Below, one piece after another: positions 13,119 to 25,878 of a DNA stretch of 64,000 bases. This DNA comes from Guillardia theta CCMP2712 (taxonomy: Eukaryota; Protista; Cryptophyta). Where the stretch lies: contig NW_005434670.1 in the NCBI RefSeq assembly GCF_000315625.1, forward strand, positions 815,638-879,637, written 5' to 3'. Under the pieces are notes generated by a model that was not told the DNA's origin, ran no database searches, and worked only from the letters and a program-made list of their open reading frames with translations. How positions within the stretch are numbered: the first letter of the stretch is position 1; every line of letters starts with the position of its first letter. Made by a program: the position numbers and the translations under genes.

Positions 13119-14700
13119 ATGCAGGCAGAGGAAGGCTCGACAAAGGCCAGGAGGCTCAGGATGAGTGCCAAGCTACGTGCTGTGAAACAAGAGCTGGAGC
13201 TCGACCTCCCTACCAATGCGTCGTACATTGTCATTGTTGAACGTGGATTTCGTTGCTTGGGTATGAAACCCCCCGAACAATTGTCCTTGATCCAGCGTGT
13301 CGAGCGGCTCTATGCCCTCATCTTCGATGCCCCGACCTCTTCATTATCATCACCTCCCCTTCCTCACACATGGAATGACCCTTCAGATCCGTTGCTTCCT
13401 CACGGAGCGGACACATCTTTGCCTGAAGATGATAGTTGTGCAAGCCACAACTATCAATCCATATCAATCGGGGAAGAGCCCTCCTGCTTTTGGACTAGTG
13501 AAGACGAATGTGTCTCCTCATCTGAATCAGAATCATACAACAAGGAACCTCCATCTGACCATGTCATGACGTTGCGCGGATTGCAGTTCTCCAAACGACG
13601 TGAATGTACAAGATTCCTTAAACATATCAACTTGAAGGATTACAACAAGCAAATCAAGAATACTCCTAGCAAAAAACTCCATGGCATGACCGGCTATATC
13701 ATGCGCTGCTCCTGCTCTACATGCCCGTGAGCATCATTCTTGTTGCTTTCATGTCGTTTCCTCTCATTGCATTCTCTCAGGTACACAGTCATCGTCAAGA
13801 GGGGCAAGCAACACAAAAAGGATAAGTTTACCATCAATATGGAGGATAGCACCCTATACCATAGCACATTGTGCTCTTCCGTGGGAAATGCCGGAGCGAG
13901 TTATCTAGTTCATTCCAAACCTTTCCGTTCTATTATCGCCGAAGGGTCCAGGAGGGACATTGGAGGCAGTGTTCATCGACGTATGACAGCCGAAGTCATT
14001 CAGAAGTTGTTCAAAAAACGCACTGGCATCTCCGCTGCACTGCATAACATTTATATTGCTCGCCTTGAAGTTGAAAATGGATCGAGTGGCGTGGGAGTAC
14101 CTTGACCAAATCGAGCCTCGACACTGGGTGCATGTCTTCCATTTCGCTCGGTCATGATTGCTAATCCTTTGCACCCCAGGCGAGATATGCTCAATGCCAA
14201 TACTCGTCAACTGCGTCCAGTGTGAAACTGGACAGTTATGTTCGAAGTACGAGAACTGTTGGTTAGCAGATACCTGGATTGCTGCCATCGCTGATAATGA
14301 AGGCTTCAAGGTCGGTATTATTCCACTGATTCATGACTTCAGCCCTGCTGATGATGACGAATTCCGTCATCACCCGGCCAGACATTGCAAACCTGGTCAG
14401 ATGGAAGGCAGGAAGGCATCTAGAGGAGACCCTGATTATGTACCCAAATGCAAAAAACCCAGGCGGGGAGAAAGGAGGGTTACTCGGCCAGAGTCAGAAC
14501 CCGAGAGTATGGATGAAATGGACGATTACAGTTATGACAATGACACAGAACCTGGAAATTGTCTTGATACGCAATACAATGTGAATGGCCGTTCGAAGAA
14601 GCAATGTAGTATCTGCAAGTGCCGGGGGCATAACAAACGCACTTGCGATGCGAAGAAGCGCAGACGTGGGGGCAAGTCTGAAACAAAAACATCACATCAC
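13119..14700 (+). pseudogene. MuDR/MULE transposase remnant: DNA-binding Zn domain, SWIM remnant and zinc knuckle; DDE core not found
   Basis: GLQFSKRRECTRFL...MRCSCSTCP|YTVIVKR...HSTLC (MuDR-type DNA-binding domain, intron ~13727-13780); NCVQCETGQLCS (SWIM-like); CSICKCRGHNKRTC knuckle. Frame break near 14105. Confidence 0.7.
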
Positions 14701-14754
14701 CAACCAACGAACATTGTTCAAGCTACACAATCATCCCAATTCTCGCGTGAAGCG

Positions 14755-15231
14755 CAACATTGGACATTGGTAGTGATTGACCTCCCACATCGAAAGATGA
14801 CGTAAGGCTTCCCATGACGATGGAGAGGTGGAGTTGCGCTCTGATGTATGAACCATCAGGATGTATGACCCCATGTGCATGCATGAACAGGACGAAGAGC
14901 ACTGGAAGCGACCTCTCTGCGGTACGCATTGTTGCTTCCCATAAGTGTTATTCTAACCATCTACACAACAGCGTTCCTGCCAATGGAATGGCGTGAAAAA
15001 GGCTACAAGGAAACGCTCACCAAATTATGCAATTGGTCTTTTGAAGTTGCAACGGTCGATGCCTTCCCACAGCAACAGGACAGTGAGTCATGCGGCATGT
15101 TTGTATGCTGCTACGCGGACTGTATCGCGCAAGGTATACACCTCAAAAGCTTTTCACACCGCATCATCCCGGCGATCAGATCACAAACAGCAGCATTGTT
15201 GAGAACATGTTGTGAAGGCTGTGATGTATAA
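14755..15231 (+). CDS. Ulp1/C48 SUMO-protease catalytic domain carried by the MULE
   Basis: After removing introns ~14802-14859 and ~14922-14971: HWTLVVIDLPHRKMTMYDPM...FPQQQDSESCGMFVCCYADC, i.e. the His-Asp-Gln-Cys Ulp1 signature. Confidence 0.8.
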
Positions 15232-15259
15232 ACAATAAACCTGTATGAGAAGGGCAGCA

Positions 15260-16290
15260 TAGTCGTCAGGCAGGAGGCGGAGGATAGTCGTCAGGCAGGA
15301 GGCGGAGCAGGCTGTCGGGGCAGGATAGTCGTCAGGCGGGAGGCGGAGCAGGCTGTCGGGGCAGTATAGTCGTCAGGCGGGAGGCGGAGCAGACTGTCGG
15401 GTCAGGATAGTCGTCAGGCAGGAGGCGGAGCAGGCTGTCGGGTCAGGATAGTCGTCAGGCAGGAGGCGGAGCAGGCTGTCGGGTCAGGATAGTCGTCAGG
15501 CAGGAGGCGGAGCAGGCTGTCGGGTCAGGATAGTCGTCAGGCAGGAGGCGGAGCAGGCTGTCGGGGCAGGATAGCCGTCAGGCAGGAGGCGGAGCAGGCT
15601 GTCGGGGCAGTATAGTCGTCAGGCAGGAGGCGGAGCAGGCTGTCGGGGCAGGATAGCCGTCAGGCAGGAGGCGGAGCAGGCTGTCGGGGCAGGATAGCCG
15701 TCAGGCAGGAGGCGGAGCAGGCTGTCGGGGCAGGATAGGCGTCAGGCAGGAGGCGGAGCAGACTGTCGGGTCAGGATAGTCGTCAGGCAGGAGGCGGAGC
15801 AGACTGTCGGGTCAGGATAGTCGTCAGGCAGGAGGCGGAGCAGGCTGTCGGGGCAGTATAGTCGTCAGGCAGGAGGCGGAGCAGGCTGCCGGGTCAGGAT
15901 AGTCGTCAGGCAGGAGGCGGAGGATAGTCGTCAGGCAGGAGGCGGAGCAGACTGTCGGGTCAGGATAGTCGTCAGGCAGGAGGCGGAGCCGCTGAGCAGG
16001 CTGTCGGGTCAGGATAGTCGTCAGGCAGGAGGCGGAGCAGGCTGTCGAGGCAGGATAGTCGTCAGGCGGGAGGCGGAGCAGACTGTCGGGTCAGGATAGT
16101 AGGCGGAGCAGGCTGTCGGGTCAGGATAGTCGTCAGGCAGGAGCGGCGGAGCAGGCTGTCGGGTCAGGATAGTCGACAGGCAGGAGGCGGAGCAGCCTGG
16201 ATAGCCGTCAGGCAGGAGGCGGAGTAGGCTCAGCCCGGTTTCGGGGCAGGATACTAGTCGTCAGGCAGGAGGGCGGAGTAGGTGTAGGCT
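15260..16290 (+). repeat. 41-bp tandem minisatellite (~24-25 copies) inside the MULE
   Basis: Unit CAGGATAGTCGTCAGGCAGGAGGCGGAGCAGGCTGTCGGG(G/T), head-to-tail, degenerating at the 3' end. Confidence 0.95.
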
Positions 16291-16600
16291 TTCGGGGCTG
16301 ACTCCCCGGACACCCCGGATGGGCCCGGTCAAAGAGGGGATGTGGGACTTTTTTCTCCACCCCTCTCTGCTTGGCGTTTTGGACCCACCCATGTACTGAG
16401 ATTTTACTACAGGGTATGAGGTATTGGGATGTTTATATCTATTTGTATGTTGTCAGAATATACTATACTTTTATACCACCCTCTCAATTTACATCCAAGT
16501 GATGGGTGGTCCTTTGATTGTGAAACGAAACGGTTGGTTTCGCACGCGTAGTATAGACCTCAATATGACCGGTTGTTTTCGGCCTCGTTTTAATATGCTT

Positions 16601-16657
16601 AACCTACCCGAAGATTTCTGCTGAAAATCTTTTTCCCACTCAAAACTTTAATTGCCC
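16601..16657 (-). repeat. Right TIR of the MULE
   Basis: ...TGCTGAAAATCTTTTTCCCACTCAAAACTTTAATTGCCC. Confidence 0.92.
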
Positions 16658-17229
16658 GAGAGATGTTATCTGGGTAGGGGTCATTGCAGCATGGTTTAAA
16701 GGAGTTTTGGTTAGGTGGTGGGGTACATCTGGAAGTAGTGAGGGGGGGTGGGGCTTTTCTCCTCGAATTTTGACTCCAAGATTCATCCATCGGCGATGAG
16801 CGCGGAGCGCGGAAGAAGAGAAGAGGGAGGGAGAGGGAGGGAGAGGGGAGGGAGAGGAAGGGGGGAGGGAGAGGGGGAGAGACGGGGGGAGGGAGGAAGA
16901 GAAGGCTTTACACTGAGATTACATGAAACTAGGCATAGAAACAGGGACGGTGCAGCAAGTAGTAGAATGGATGAGAGGCTTCGAATCGTCTGTTGCATGG
17001 TGACTTTGTGGAGGCAAGAGTGTGATAAGAAAAGGTCGTGGATGATGATTCGATGAAGTAAGGGATTCCAGATATGTGAGATTTTCGCAAGTCATGCAAT
17101 GCTTCAAAAGACAAGAATGATTTCCAGCATAGTCTTTTATCAACCGCCAAATGACCTGATCATCAGGGAGCTGTTGGATTGAAACGCAGCAGTCTTCAGA
17201 TGTGAGATAGTGAAAGAGGTGAGACCATC

Positions 17230-20200
17230 ATGCCCAAACTCTATCAGGGCGATTCTGAAGAAGACGGGAACCATTCCTCGATTTCCAATCGATACTCTGG
17301 CGATCTTGGCGAAGCACTCCGATATGAAAATGCCACGGAGACCATACGGAGGTTGCAGTATGAGATGCAGTTATGGAAGTCAGGGAAGAGTCTTACTAGC
17401 GACGAAGAAGAGAGGAGTGACGCCCTCAAAGGGCATGCTGACGCGCGAGCTGATCGCACTGCTCGACGAGAGCAGGAGAAGAAAGCAGCATACGCTAAGA
17501 TACAAGAGACGAAGCGGCGCGCGCAGGCCATGCGTGAAAAGATTTCAACGATCAGAAGCTCGATGAGCCCCGGCATGCCGCCTCCTCTTTCCACCAGCAT
17601 GCTTTCCAACTCGGGGAAGAAACGGGAAGACGCGATGGAGGAGCATTTGACCAGGCATTTGGACGATTCGCCTGAGGAAGATGAGCGATGGAAAGATTCT
17701 GGGAAGAGGACGGCAGGGATAAACTCTTACAAGGCCCGTCAGCCTAGCACATCGCCCGACAGTCAAGGACGGGCTCAACCGGATCACGACGTTGATAGCA
17801 TCGACAACTACCTCAAGCCCCGGAAACATCGGGGTGAAACGAACCGGGAAGACAAGTGGGCGGCCTCTACGAGGAGCAATAGGGGTCAGACATCCTCGAG
17901 GTTTGGGGAGGAAGAGGCGCAGAACGAGTCACAACGAGTGAACAAGACGAGAGACACAGCAAGCCCTGGTGATGGGAATTCTCCTCTGCCGTCTGGGAGC
18001 AGGGCGTTGCACACGGCTGTTCAATCGAGAAAGCCACCAACGAGTCCAAAGGCCGGAGGAGCAGGAGGCGGCAGGCGATCGATGAGCCCGAGGGAAGCTC
18101 CGACGAAGCTGCCGGAGAGAGAGGAAAGGAGGAGGTCAGAGGAGCAAGACGAGGAGGAGAGGCTCCGGCTGCAGGAGCGCTCATACAGGGAGATGCGAAG
18201 CCGGCAGGCAGCTGGGGGCGGGGATCCAGAGGCAAGAGCCGGAGGAGCAGGAGGCGGCAGGCGATCGATGAGCCCGAGGGAAGCTCCGACGAAGCTGCCG
18301 GAGAGGCTGCTGGAGGGAGCCGGGGAAAGACGATATGAGGAGGAGCAGGAGATGGTAGAGGAAGGATGGAATCTGAATGCTCGACGGGAAATGGGAAGGG
18401 TGGCTCGGGAAATGGCTGAACTGGAGGACAAGAAGAGCAAAGTAGACTCGCTCGTCCCCCTTGAGCTCCGTCGGTCGGTTTCTCCTAAGGATGATGGAGA
18501 GGCTCAGGAGGAGAGGATGTCGCAGGAGGAGCTGGGGTTGGAAGCTGAAGGGGAGGAGAGGGTGGGCAAGGGCCTTGAGGAGAGGGATGCGGGTCCGGAC
18601 GACAGCTCTTCTCGCAAGGGGCTTCATACTTTCCTTGGAGGATGGTTTCCGAATCCTTTCCGGGGAAGAAATTCTCGCAGCAGCAGGGGGCAAGAGAATG
18701 CTGTCGTGAACGATGATCAGAATGAAAGGAGTGTCCTGGGGAGTAAGGAGGAGGGGAGGAAAGAGGAGGGGAGGAAGGAGGAGGAGGATCTGTTTGGTCA
18801 CCCCCAGCCAATGGACCAGAGCAGCCTGCCTGAGGTGAATCAGAGCCGGGCTGACCTCGGATGCACCTTGGGCGAAATTTCAGCCATCGCCATGCAGAAG
18901 ACTCCTGCCTCCTCCGACTCGAACTCGCCGGAGTCCATGCGGGAGGAAGTGAACAGAAGGCAAGAGGGTCTTTCGACGAGAGCAGCTCTGTTTCCTTCCC
19001 ATCCCGTTCTCATGAGCCGTAGAAAAGCGAAGGGGGACGAAGAGAGGAATGGCAAGCAGGAGCAGGAGCAGCAGGAGCAGGAGCAGCAGGAGCAGGAGCA
19101 GGATGCGACGGACTTGTCGGACAGGAAAGGGCCCTCCGCAAGGAGGAGAACGATTCCAAGCGGACTACCAAAGGTGAGGAGGAAATGCGAGGATTAGAGG
19201 GAGGAAAAGCTGCCGCGTGTAAACTGGAAGGCCAGGTCGACAGGAGCGCTGGAAGGGAGGAGGCAGCAGAGGTTGGTTGTTGTTGTACATGACGATTGAT
19301 CTCATGTCCTTGTCTTGTCTTGGCAGGATGGTGTGAGAGGTTTCTTGAAGCTCTAGAGTTGCAGTTGCTCGTTGATGTGCATGCAAGGTTTCTCACGCGC
19401 CGGCAAGACAAGTCACCATGACGGAGAGGTGATGTTGATGTTTGTATCACAGATGAAGTTGATGATGATCGTGATCATGTTACTGTTGTTGTTGTCGATC
19501 ATGTTGATCAAGTTCTTGATGATGATAATCACTTGGTTCTTAATCCTGTCCCCTGTTTGTGTTCTTTTCCCTCACGGTGTTGCTGGTGCTGATAGTAACT
19601 GTATTCTTGCAAGAAACCAATCCTATCTGACTGCATCACAGGCTGTCTCCTTCCCATCAGAATTCGTCTGCATCAAGTGCCGCTCGTCCTCGAGAATGTT
19701 TTCAGCTCTTCGACGCCCCGGGCATCACGTTTGATTCACTTCCTCCAGGAACGGACACGAAGGATGGGAGGTTGCGGGGATAGAAAAGCTCCGGGCGAGA
19801 GAGGAGGACGTGCTGTCTCAGCTGCGGCAGGTGGGGAGAGGTGATCGCTGCAGCTGGAGTCTGACGTGGGTTTGATAGGAGAACGAGAGGCTGAAGGAGG
19901 AGAACAGCAAGTGCGAGAGAAGGGAGAGGAGGAGGAGGAGGAGGATGACGGGTGCCTCAGGTTCAAAGCAGATCTCAGTGCTTTGTGCTCCCATTCCAAG
20001 ATGAAGGTAGACGCCTCCCTCTCCCTCTCCTCCCTGTAGTATCCCTCTCACTGTATCCTCCCTCCCCTCCCCCTCCTCCCCCTCCCTGCTCCCTGCTCCT
20101 GCTCCTGCTCCTGCTCCTTCCTCGGCTGATCTCCCATCAGAGTTGATATCGCGCATATGTCCAAGGAGCTCAAGGAGCAGGCGGCCATGAAGCGACAGGT

Positions 20201-21080
20201 AGCGACTGATGATGCTGAAAATTCCGACAAGCGAGCAGGTGGAGCTGCTGAATCTCGAGCTGAAGAGACTGCGAGAGCAGATCAAGGTGAGAGGAGGAAA
20301 CATGCACGAGAGGGAGGGAGGAATAGGGTGGGAAGAACAACACGTGGAGTGAAGAAGGCAGTAGCAGGCGGAGCACGAGCACGAGCAGGGGCAGAAGGAG
20401 CAGGAGCAGGAGCAGGAGTAGGAGTAGGAGTAGGAGTAGGAGTAGGAGCATCTTTGACAAGCACTTTGTGCAGATCGAGGGGAAACGTGAAGTAACGAAG
20501 AGAGAAAGGTATCTCCCTCCCTCCAATCCTCTCACCTCATTTGACCTCCTCCCTCCCTCTCGCATTCTGTATGGATCCTTCCTCCTCCTTCTTCCTCTCC
20601 CTCCTCCCTTCGCTCCTACTCAATCTTGTTCTCTTTTCAGCTTCACGGGCAGCGGAACGTCGACCTCCTCCGAGGAGAATCGGCAGCTGAAGGAGAGACT
20701 CGAGTCGATGGCTTTAGAGATAGACAGCTTGAGGTGCACGAGGAGGAGGAGGAGGAGGAGGAGGAGGACGAGGACGAGGACGAGGACGAGGAGGAGGAGG
20801 AGGAGGAGGAGGAGGAGGAAGAGATATCTGATCATTTTCTACAGGTCCAGACATTGACAACCGAGCAAGCACTTCCTCCAAGTAAGAGAACTAAGTCATC
20901 CTTTCCTTCTCTCCTCCACTACAGCTCTCATCTGCTCTCTCCTCTTGCTCTCTTCTCTTCTCTGCTCCCTTTTCTCCTATGCTCTGCTAACTTGTGTCTT
21001 TTCCTCCTATTCTTCTCCTTTGCTCCTGCTCGCACTTGCACCTACACCTGCAACCGTGTGATCCTTGGTTTTCCTCGTCC

Positions 21081-21126
<46 letters not shown>

Positions 21127-22056
21127 TCTCGTTCTCGTCCTTCTCGTTCTCGTCCTCGTCCTCCTCGTCCTCGCCCTCCTCCTCTTCTCTTCGTTCCGCA
21201 GGGTGTACAAAATCCTCCCTCGGGGGCATGTCGCACGTGAAGCTCATCCGATCCTGAGGAGTCAAAAGTGAACGACAGGAGGGAATTTAACAAGTTGAAA
21301 GAAGTTTAACAAGTCAACTTGAGCAAGACGAGAGAAGATATAAAGAGACGCAAACAGTAAANNNNNNNNNNNNNNNNNNNNNNNNNNNNNNNNNNNNNNN
21401 NNNNNNNNNNNNNNNNNNNNNNNNNNNNNNNNNNNNNNNNNNNNNNNNNNNNNNNNNNNNNCTCTCAACCCTTTCCCAATCTCCTGCTGCTCCCTCCAAT
21501 TCTCCTCCTCCTCCTCCTCCTCCTCCTCCTCGATAATCCTCTTTATCATCCTCATCCTCATCCTCATCCTCATCCTTCTCTACCTCTTCCCTTCCCCTCC
21601 CCGCCCTCTATACTCTCCTTGTCTCGTCTCTCTCTCCCTCTCTCCTTCACCTGCTGTGTCCTCCTCCTCAATCGTTTCCTAGCAGAAGAGCATTCACAAG
21701 ACTCCGTCGGAGATCGGAATGATTCTCATGCCTTCCGACGATCAGACCAGGTGAATACAAGATAGTTCCAAACACCATCATCATCATTACCATCATCATC
21801 ATCATAATCATCATCATCAGCAGCAATAACAAGAGTAACATCATCATCATCTATCTCAACAACAAAAGTGACAATGACAATGACAATAACATCACAAACC
21901 AAATCACAAGCAAACAATCACTCAAAGACACCCACAACAGATCAACGTGACAAAACCAACAAGCTGACTGGCGATCATGTTGCCATGGTTTGCAGAGACT
22001 TCGTCGTCACGGCTGATGTGGTTTGCAACGAAGACGAATCGGATTCTTCAGTGTGA
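17230..22056 (+). CDS. Large low-complexity/coiled-coil hypothetical protein; multi-exon, spans an N gap
   Basis: 655-aa first-exon ORF (17230-19197), then short coiled-coil exons (MSKELKEQAAMKRQ, RNVDLLRGE..). Probable last exon ...NEDESDSSV* followed by AATAAA near 22097. Confidence 0.55.
21362..21461. other. Assembly gap (100 N)
   Basis: Run of N. Confidence 1.
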
Positions 22057-22141
22057 AGGCAAGGCGGCAAGAAAAGGACATTTGCTTTATTGATTGAATA
22101 AACGTGTGATGAATAAGATTCTACAAGTCAAACAGGCTGAT

Positions 22142-23459
22142 TTAAACATTCAAAAGCTCACGATCCACCTCCTCCCTCTTCTCTGAATTCTCTACTGAGT
22201 GAAAAGTGCTTGTCAGGTACTGTTTGTTTTCTCCTCCCTCCTCTCCTCTCCTCTCCCTTCCTCCATCTTTCCTCTCAGCATCATACACAAACATATCGAC
22301 TGAGCGTTGCGTCAAACTGTTTGCTCTTTCCGTTGTCGCAGTACCAGTCGCAGTCGTTACTGCAACACAGTAAGAACTTCTCACTCAAGGGGATTTTTCT
22401 TCCCTTCCCCCTTTCCCACCCCTGCCTCGCTCTCGTCCTCGTCCCTCCCACTCCTCCTTCCTCTCTTGCTTGCTGCGGTCTGACTTGTCCTTCTGTTCTA
22501 ACATCCTCCCCCTTCTCTCACCCGTTCACTCCCGACGAGTTGTAGATCGCGTTTGTATCGCACGCGTTGGTACAGGGAACGCACTGCGACAGCGGTAAAG
22601 CAGGAGAAGCAAGAAGAGGAGAGGAGGAAGAGAGAGGAGAAAAGGCGAGCGAAGTAGGAGAGAGAGGCAGGGAAGAAGAGCAGGACGAAGAGAACAAGAG
22701 GAGAAAGGGAGGAGGAGGAGGGGGCAAGAGGAGGAGAGGAGGGGGAGGAGAAAAGAAGGAGGAGAGGGGGGAGGAGGAGAGGAGGAGGATGAGGAAGAAA
22801 GAAGGAGTGGAAAAGGAGACAAGAGGAGGAGGAGGACGAGGACGAGGACGAGGACGAGGAGGAGGAGGAGAGGAGGAGGAGGAGGAGGAGGAGGAGGACG
22901 AGGAGGAGGAGGAGGAGGAGGAGGAGGACGAGGAGGAGGAGGAGGAGGAGGAGGAGGAGGAGGAGGAGGAGGAGGAGGAGGAGGAGGCAAGTTTTGAAGC
23001 TGGCTCAATTGGTTAACGAACCTGCCCTGGAGTTGTGTCGCGATATTCCAGAACGCAGGAGCTGGAGCAGGGCGACCTGAACTCGCCGATAGGACAGGAG
23101 CTCATCCAGTGATAAGTCCATCCGCTCTGAGATCACAGTGAGAAGAAAAGAGGATCAGCGGAGGAGGAGGAGGAGGAGGAGAGGAGGAGGAGAGGAGGAG
23201 GAGAGGAGGAGGAGAGGAGGAGGAGAGGAGGAGGAGAGGAGGAGGAGGAGGAGGAGGAGGAGGAAAGGAGGAGGAGGAGGAGGAGGGAGAGGAGAGGAGG
23301 GGAGGAGGACAGGAGACAGGAAGGGAGGAGAGATTCAGGCATCGTGCAGAGAAGTTGAGACAAGAAGGATGGAACCTGATTGACAACTTGAACATCTGAG
23401 CACACATGACATTGTACCCCTGTGGATGTGCAGGAGGAATACTCCCACATTCGGCATCT

Positions 23460-23550
<91 letters not shown>

Positions 23551-25646
23551 AAGTAAGTGCAGGAAGTGCAGGAAGAGGAAAAACAGGTAGCAGTGGGATC
23601 GAGGCAGGACAAGGAGCAGAGGGGGAGGGGGGAGAGAAGGAGGGGAAGACAGTCAGAACACCATGGCTCCATCTCTTTCCAGGATCGCTCACGCTGTCAC
23701 CATCACGATCGAGTGGTTCTGTCCGAACTCCATCCTCGGGGACGCCGGCAGCCCCTCGGCATTCTTGCAAGCATCTACAGGACGATCAAGTCGCAACCCT
23801 CCCCCCCCTCCGCTCTCACCCCGCAGATCTCCCCCGAGACAGTCGCCCGACTGCGCCGTCGTCCTCGCAACGCACGTTGAGTTGACTCGGATGTACCCGC
23901 TAGACGAGCTCGTCAGCGCCTCGCTCCCACTGCCCGTCGACTCACTCGTTACATCTCCAGGGGCACACTGGGCACCCGTCTCCCGGTCCTCCTGGCCCCA
24001 TCCTCTCACTCCTCCCCTCCTCTGCCACCGCAACGCACCAGGTCCGCTGTAGTTGGCGTTGTCAGGCTGTACAAGTCACACCAGTCAGTCCCCCATCTGC
24101 TGCCTGCCGGCCGCTGGTCATACCAGGGAGTTGCCACATCTAGAGCACTGAGATCCGTCCTTGTAGTACCCGCTCATACACGTCCACCCGCACGCATTCC
24201 TGCAGCATCAGCACACGAGGGTCACGAGCAAACCAAAACTCATTCGCGCTCACGAGTCGTAAGGGATGCCTGGAGGGGGGCAGTCAGCAAACCGCCAGCA
24301 ACAACCCTCAGCCCCATCATCAAGGATCACCGGGGGAGCTGTAAACAGAGTTCTCCGGCTTGGAGTTGGTGCAGGCGGTGCAAACTCCGTCATGAGTCTC
24401 GTTGCAGGCGGTCCTGCCGGAACAGCTCAGCACAACACGGAGGTCGTCCGCGTCCCAGGACGTGAGCACCTGAAGTGACCGACGGGACAAGGAGCAGTGG
24501 TGCAGTTGACGCACTGTCCCAGCTGTTCAACCGTGCAAACGTTCAGCAGACGGCGGGAAACAACCCACGAGCATCCCACCTCGTTCATCCTGGTGGAGGC
24601 GCTGCAGACGTAGGAACAGCTGTCAGGGAGGTTCATCGTGACCTGTCCATATCTCGTCACAGCTCTTGGCATGCATCGTAAGGTCCCTCATGCCTGGCAC
24701 GTCGCATTGCGAATGATCGCAACGTTCCTCTCGAGTGAAAAGCACGAGTAGCTGAAACCCCAGGCTGTCTTCAGCTGACTGGACTGGGCATGCTCCGCAA
24801 TGATCGTGTACAAGGCTCCACGCTGGACAACGAAGGAGCTGGCTAGGACGCGGGTTACGTTCACGAGCTCGTCCTCGATCCGGAAAAGCTTCCCCGCAAA
24901 CTCCGCCGGTACAGTCAGCGAAATAGTACTCCTTAAGTCCGTCCCTAACAGCTGTCCGGGAACATTGAACCCACTGTCGCTCTACGAGCCATGCCTCGTC
25001 AGCGCCTTGAACCATGTTCATGCCTCTCTCACCACATCAGTCGTGCTGTTCACCCCCGAGCTCGTGTACTCGGCCCGCGAAGGAGCGTTGCGGCACGGCA
25101 AGCACTCCCCGTCTTTGATAGCAGTGCAGTTCGAGTAGTAGCCAGTCGGACAAGAGCTGGGAAAGGAAATGGTGTCAGCTCGACTTTAAAGGACTGGGAA
25201 CGTTCAGTCGACCTGCAGGGTATGCAGCTGGAGTCTGTGACGTCCTTGTATGTTCCAAAAGGGCATGGGACGCACCCCTGTCCGTCCTCGAAGTACCCTG
25301 GGACGCACACGCAGTCGGTCAAGTTGGTGCTGCCTGCCGGGGCGGAGGTGAAGGCAGGACATGGCAGACACTCAGTCCCGTTGTAGTAGGTGTTCTCGCC
25401 ACAGGAGGAGGACAAGAGCCTCCTCTCAGTCCCCGTCGTGCCAGCCTGCGATTCCGCTTTTTTTGCCGATCGTTTCCCTCTTAACAAGCTTCTCACTTGT
25501 GAGAACGGTTTCCATCGCCCTTGCCTGTCTGCCTGCACGTCTCCCATGCCTCCTCCCTTCGTCTCATCAGCGTCAGCTGCTCCTGTCAACGCCAACGCCG
25601 CCAACGCGGCCACAGCCAACATACTCCTGACCGCCCACCACCGCAT
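22142..25646 (-). CDS. Secreted Cys-rich protein with ephrin-receptor-like (GCC2/GCC3, TNFR-like) repeats; multi-exon
   Basis: Signal peptide MRWWAVRSMLAVAALAALALTGAADA; CGENTYYNGTECLPCPAFTSAPAGSTNLTDCVCVPGYFEDGQGCVPCPFGTYKD; further CxxC/CxWxC exons down to ~22300. The 3' end is uncertain. Confidence 0.7.
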
Positions 25647-25878
25647 TGTCCTTCCCCACCCTTCTGGCCCTACCCGGCACATACGAGCACTACCCCTTAA
25701 TTATCTATCATTTCATCTCTGAAAGTACCGGTACGTAAGATCACCCCACCCATCCTGGAACTGACAACTTTCAGGTTTGACAAGCGGCTGTTCCTTGGAA
25801 GAGCCTCCGGTCTCCCGGGTACTGTGGTTACTTCTAGGTCTACCAGATTCCGCGGTCAACCACCTTGGGACGCAAACG

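Larger units (their letters stand above)
12872..16657 (+). mobile_element. Non-autonomous (internally deleted) Mutator-like DNA transposon (MULE)
   Basis: 39-bp perfect terminal inverted repeat (12872-12910 / 16619-16657), extending imperfectly to ~57 bp. 9-bp TSD AGAGATGTT at 12863-12871 and 16659-16667. MuDR-like protein remnants inside. Confidence 0.9.

Noticed and set aside
15260-16290. CRISPR-like regular array
   Set aside because: Units are head-to-tail with no unique spacers, there are no cas genes and the context is eukaryotic. It is a minisatellite.
20157-23885. Numerous poly-E/R/P/L/AG ORFs on both strands
   Set aside because: Intronic (GAG)n/(CTC)n/(GCAGGA)n low-complexity tracts that lack stop codons.
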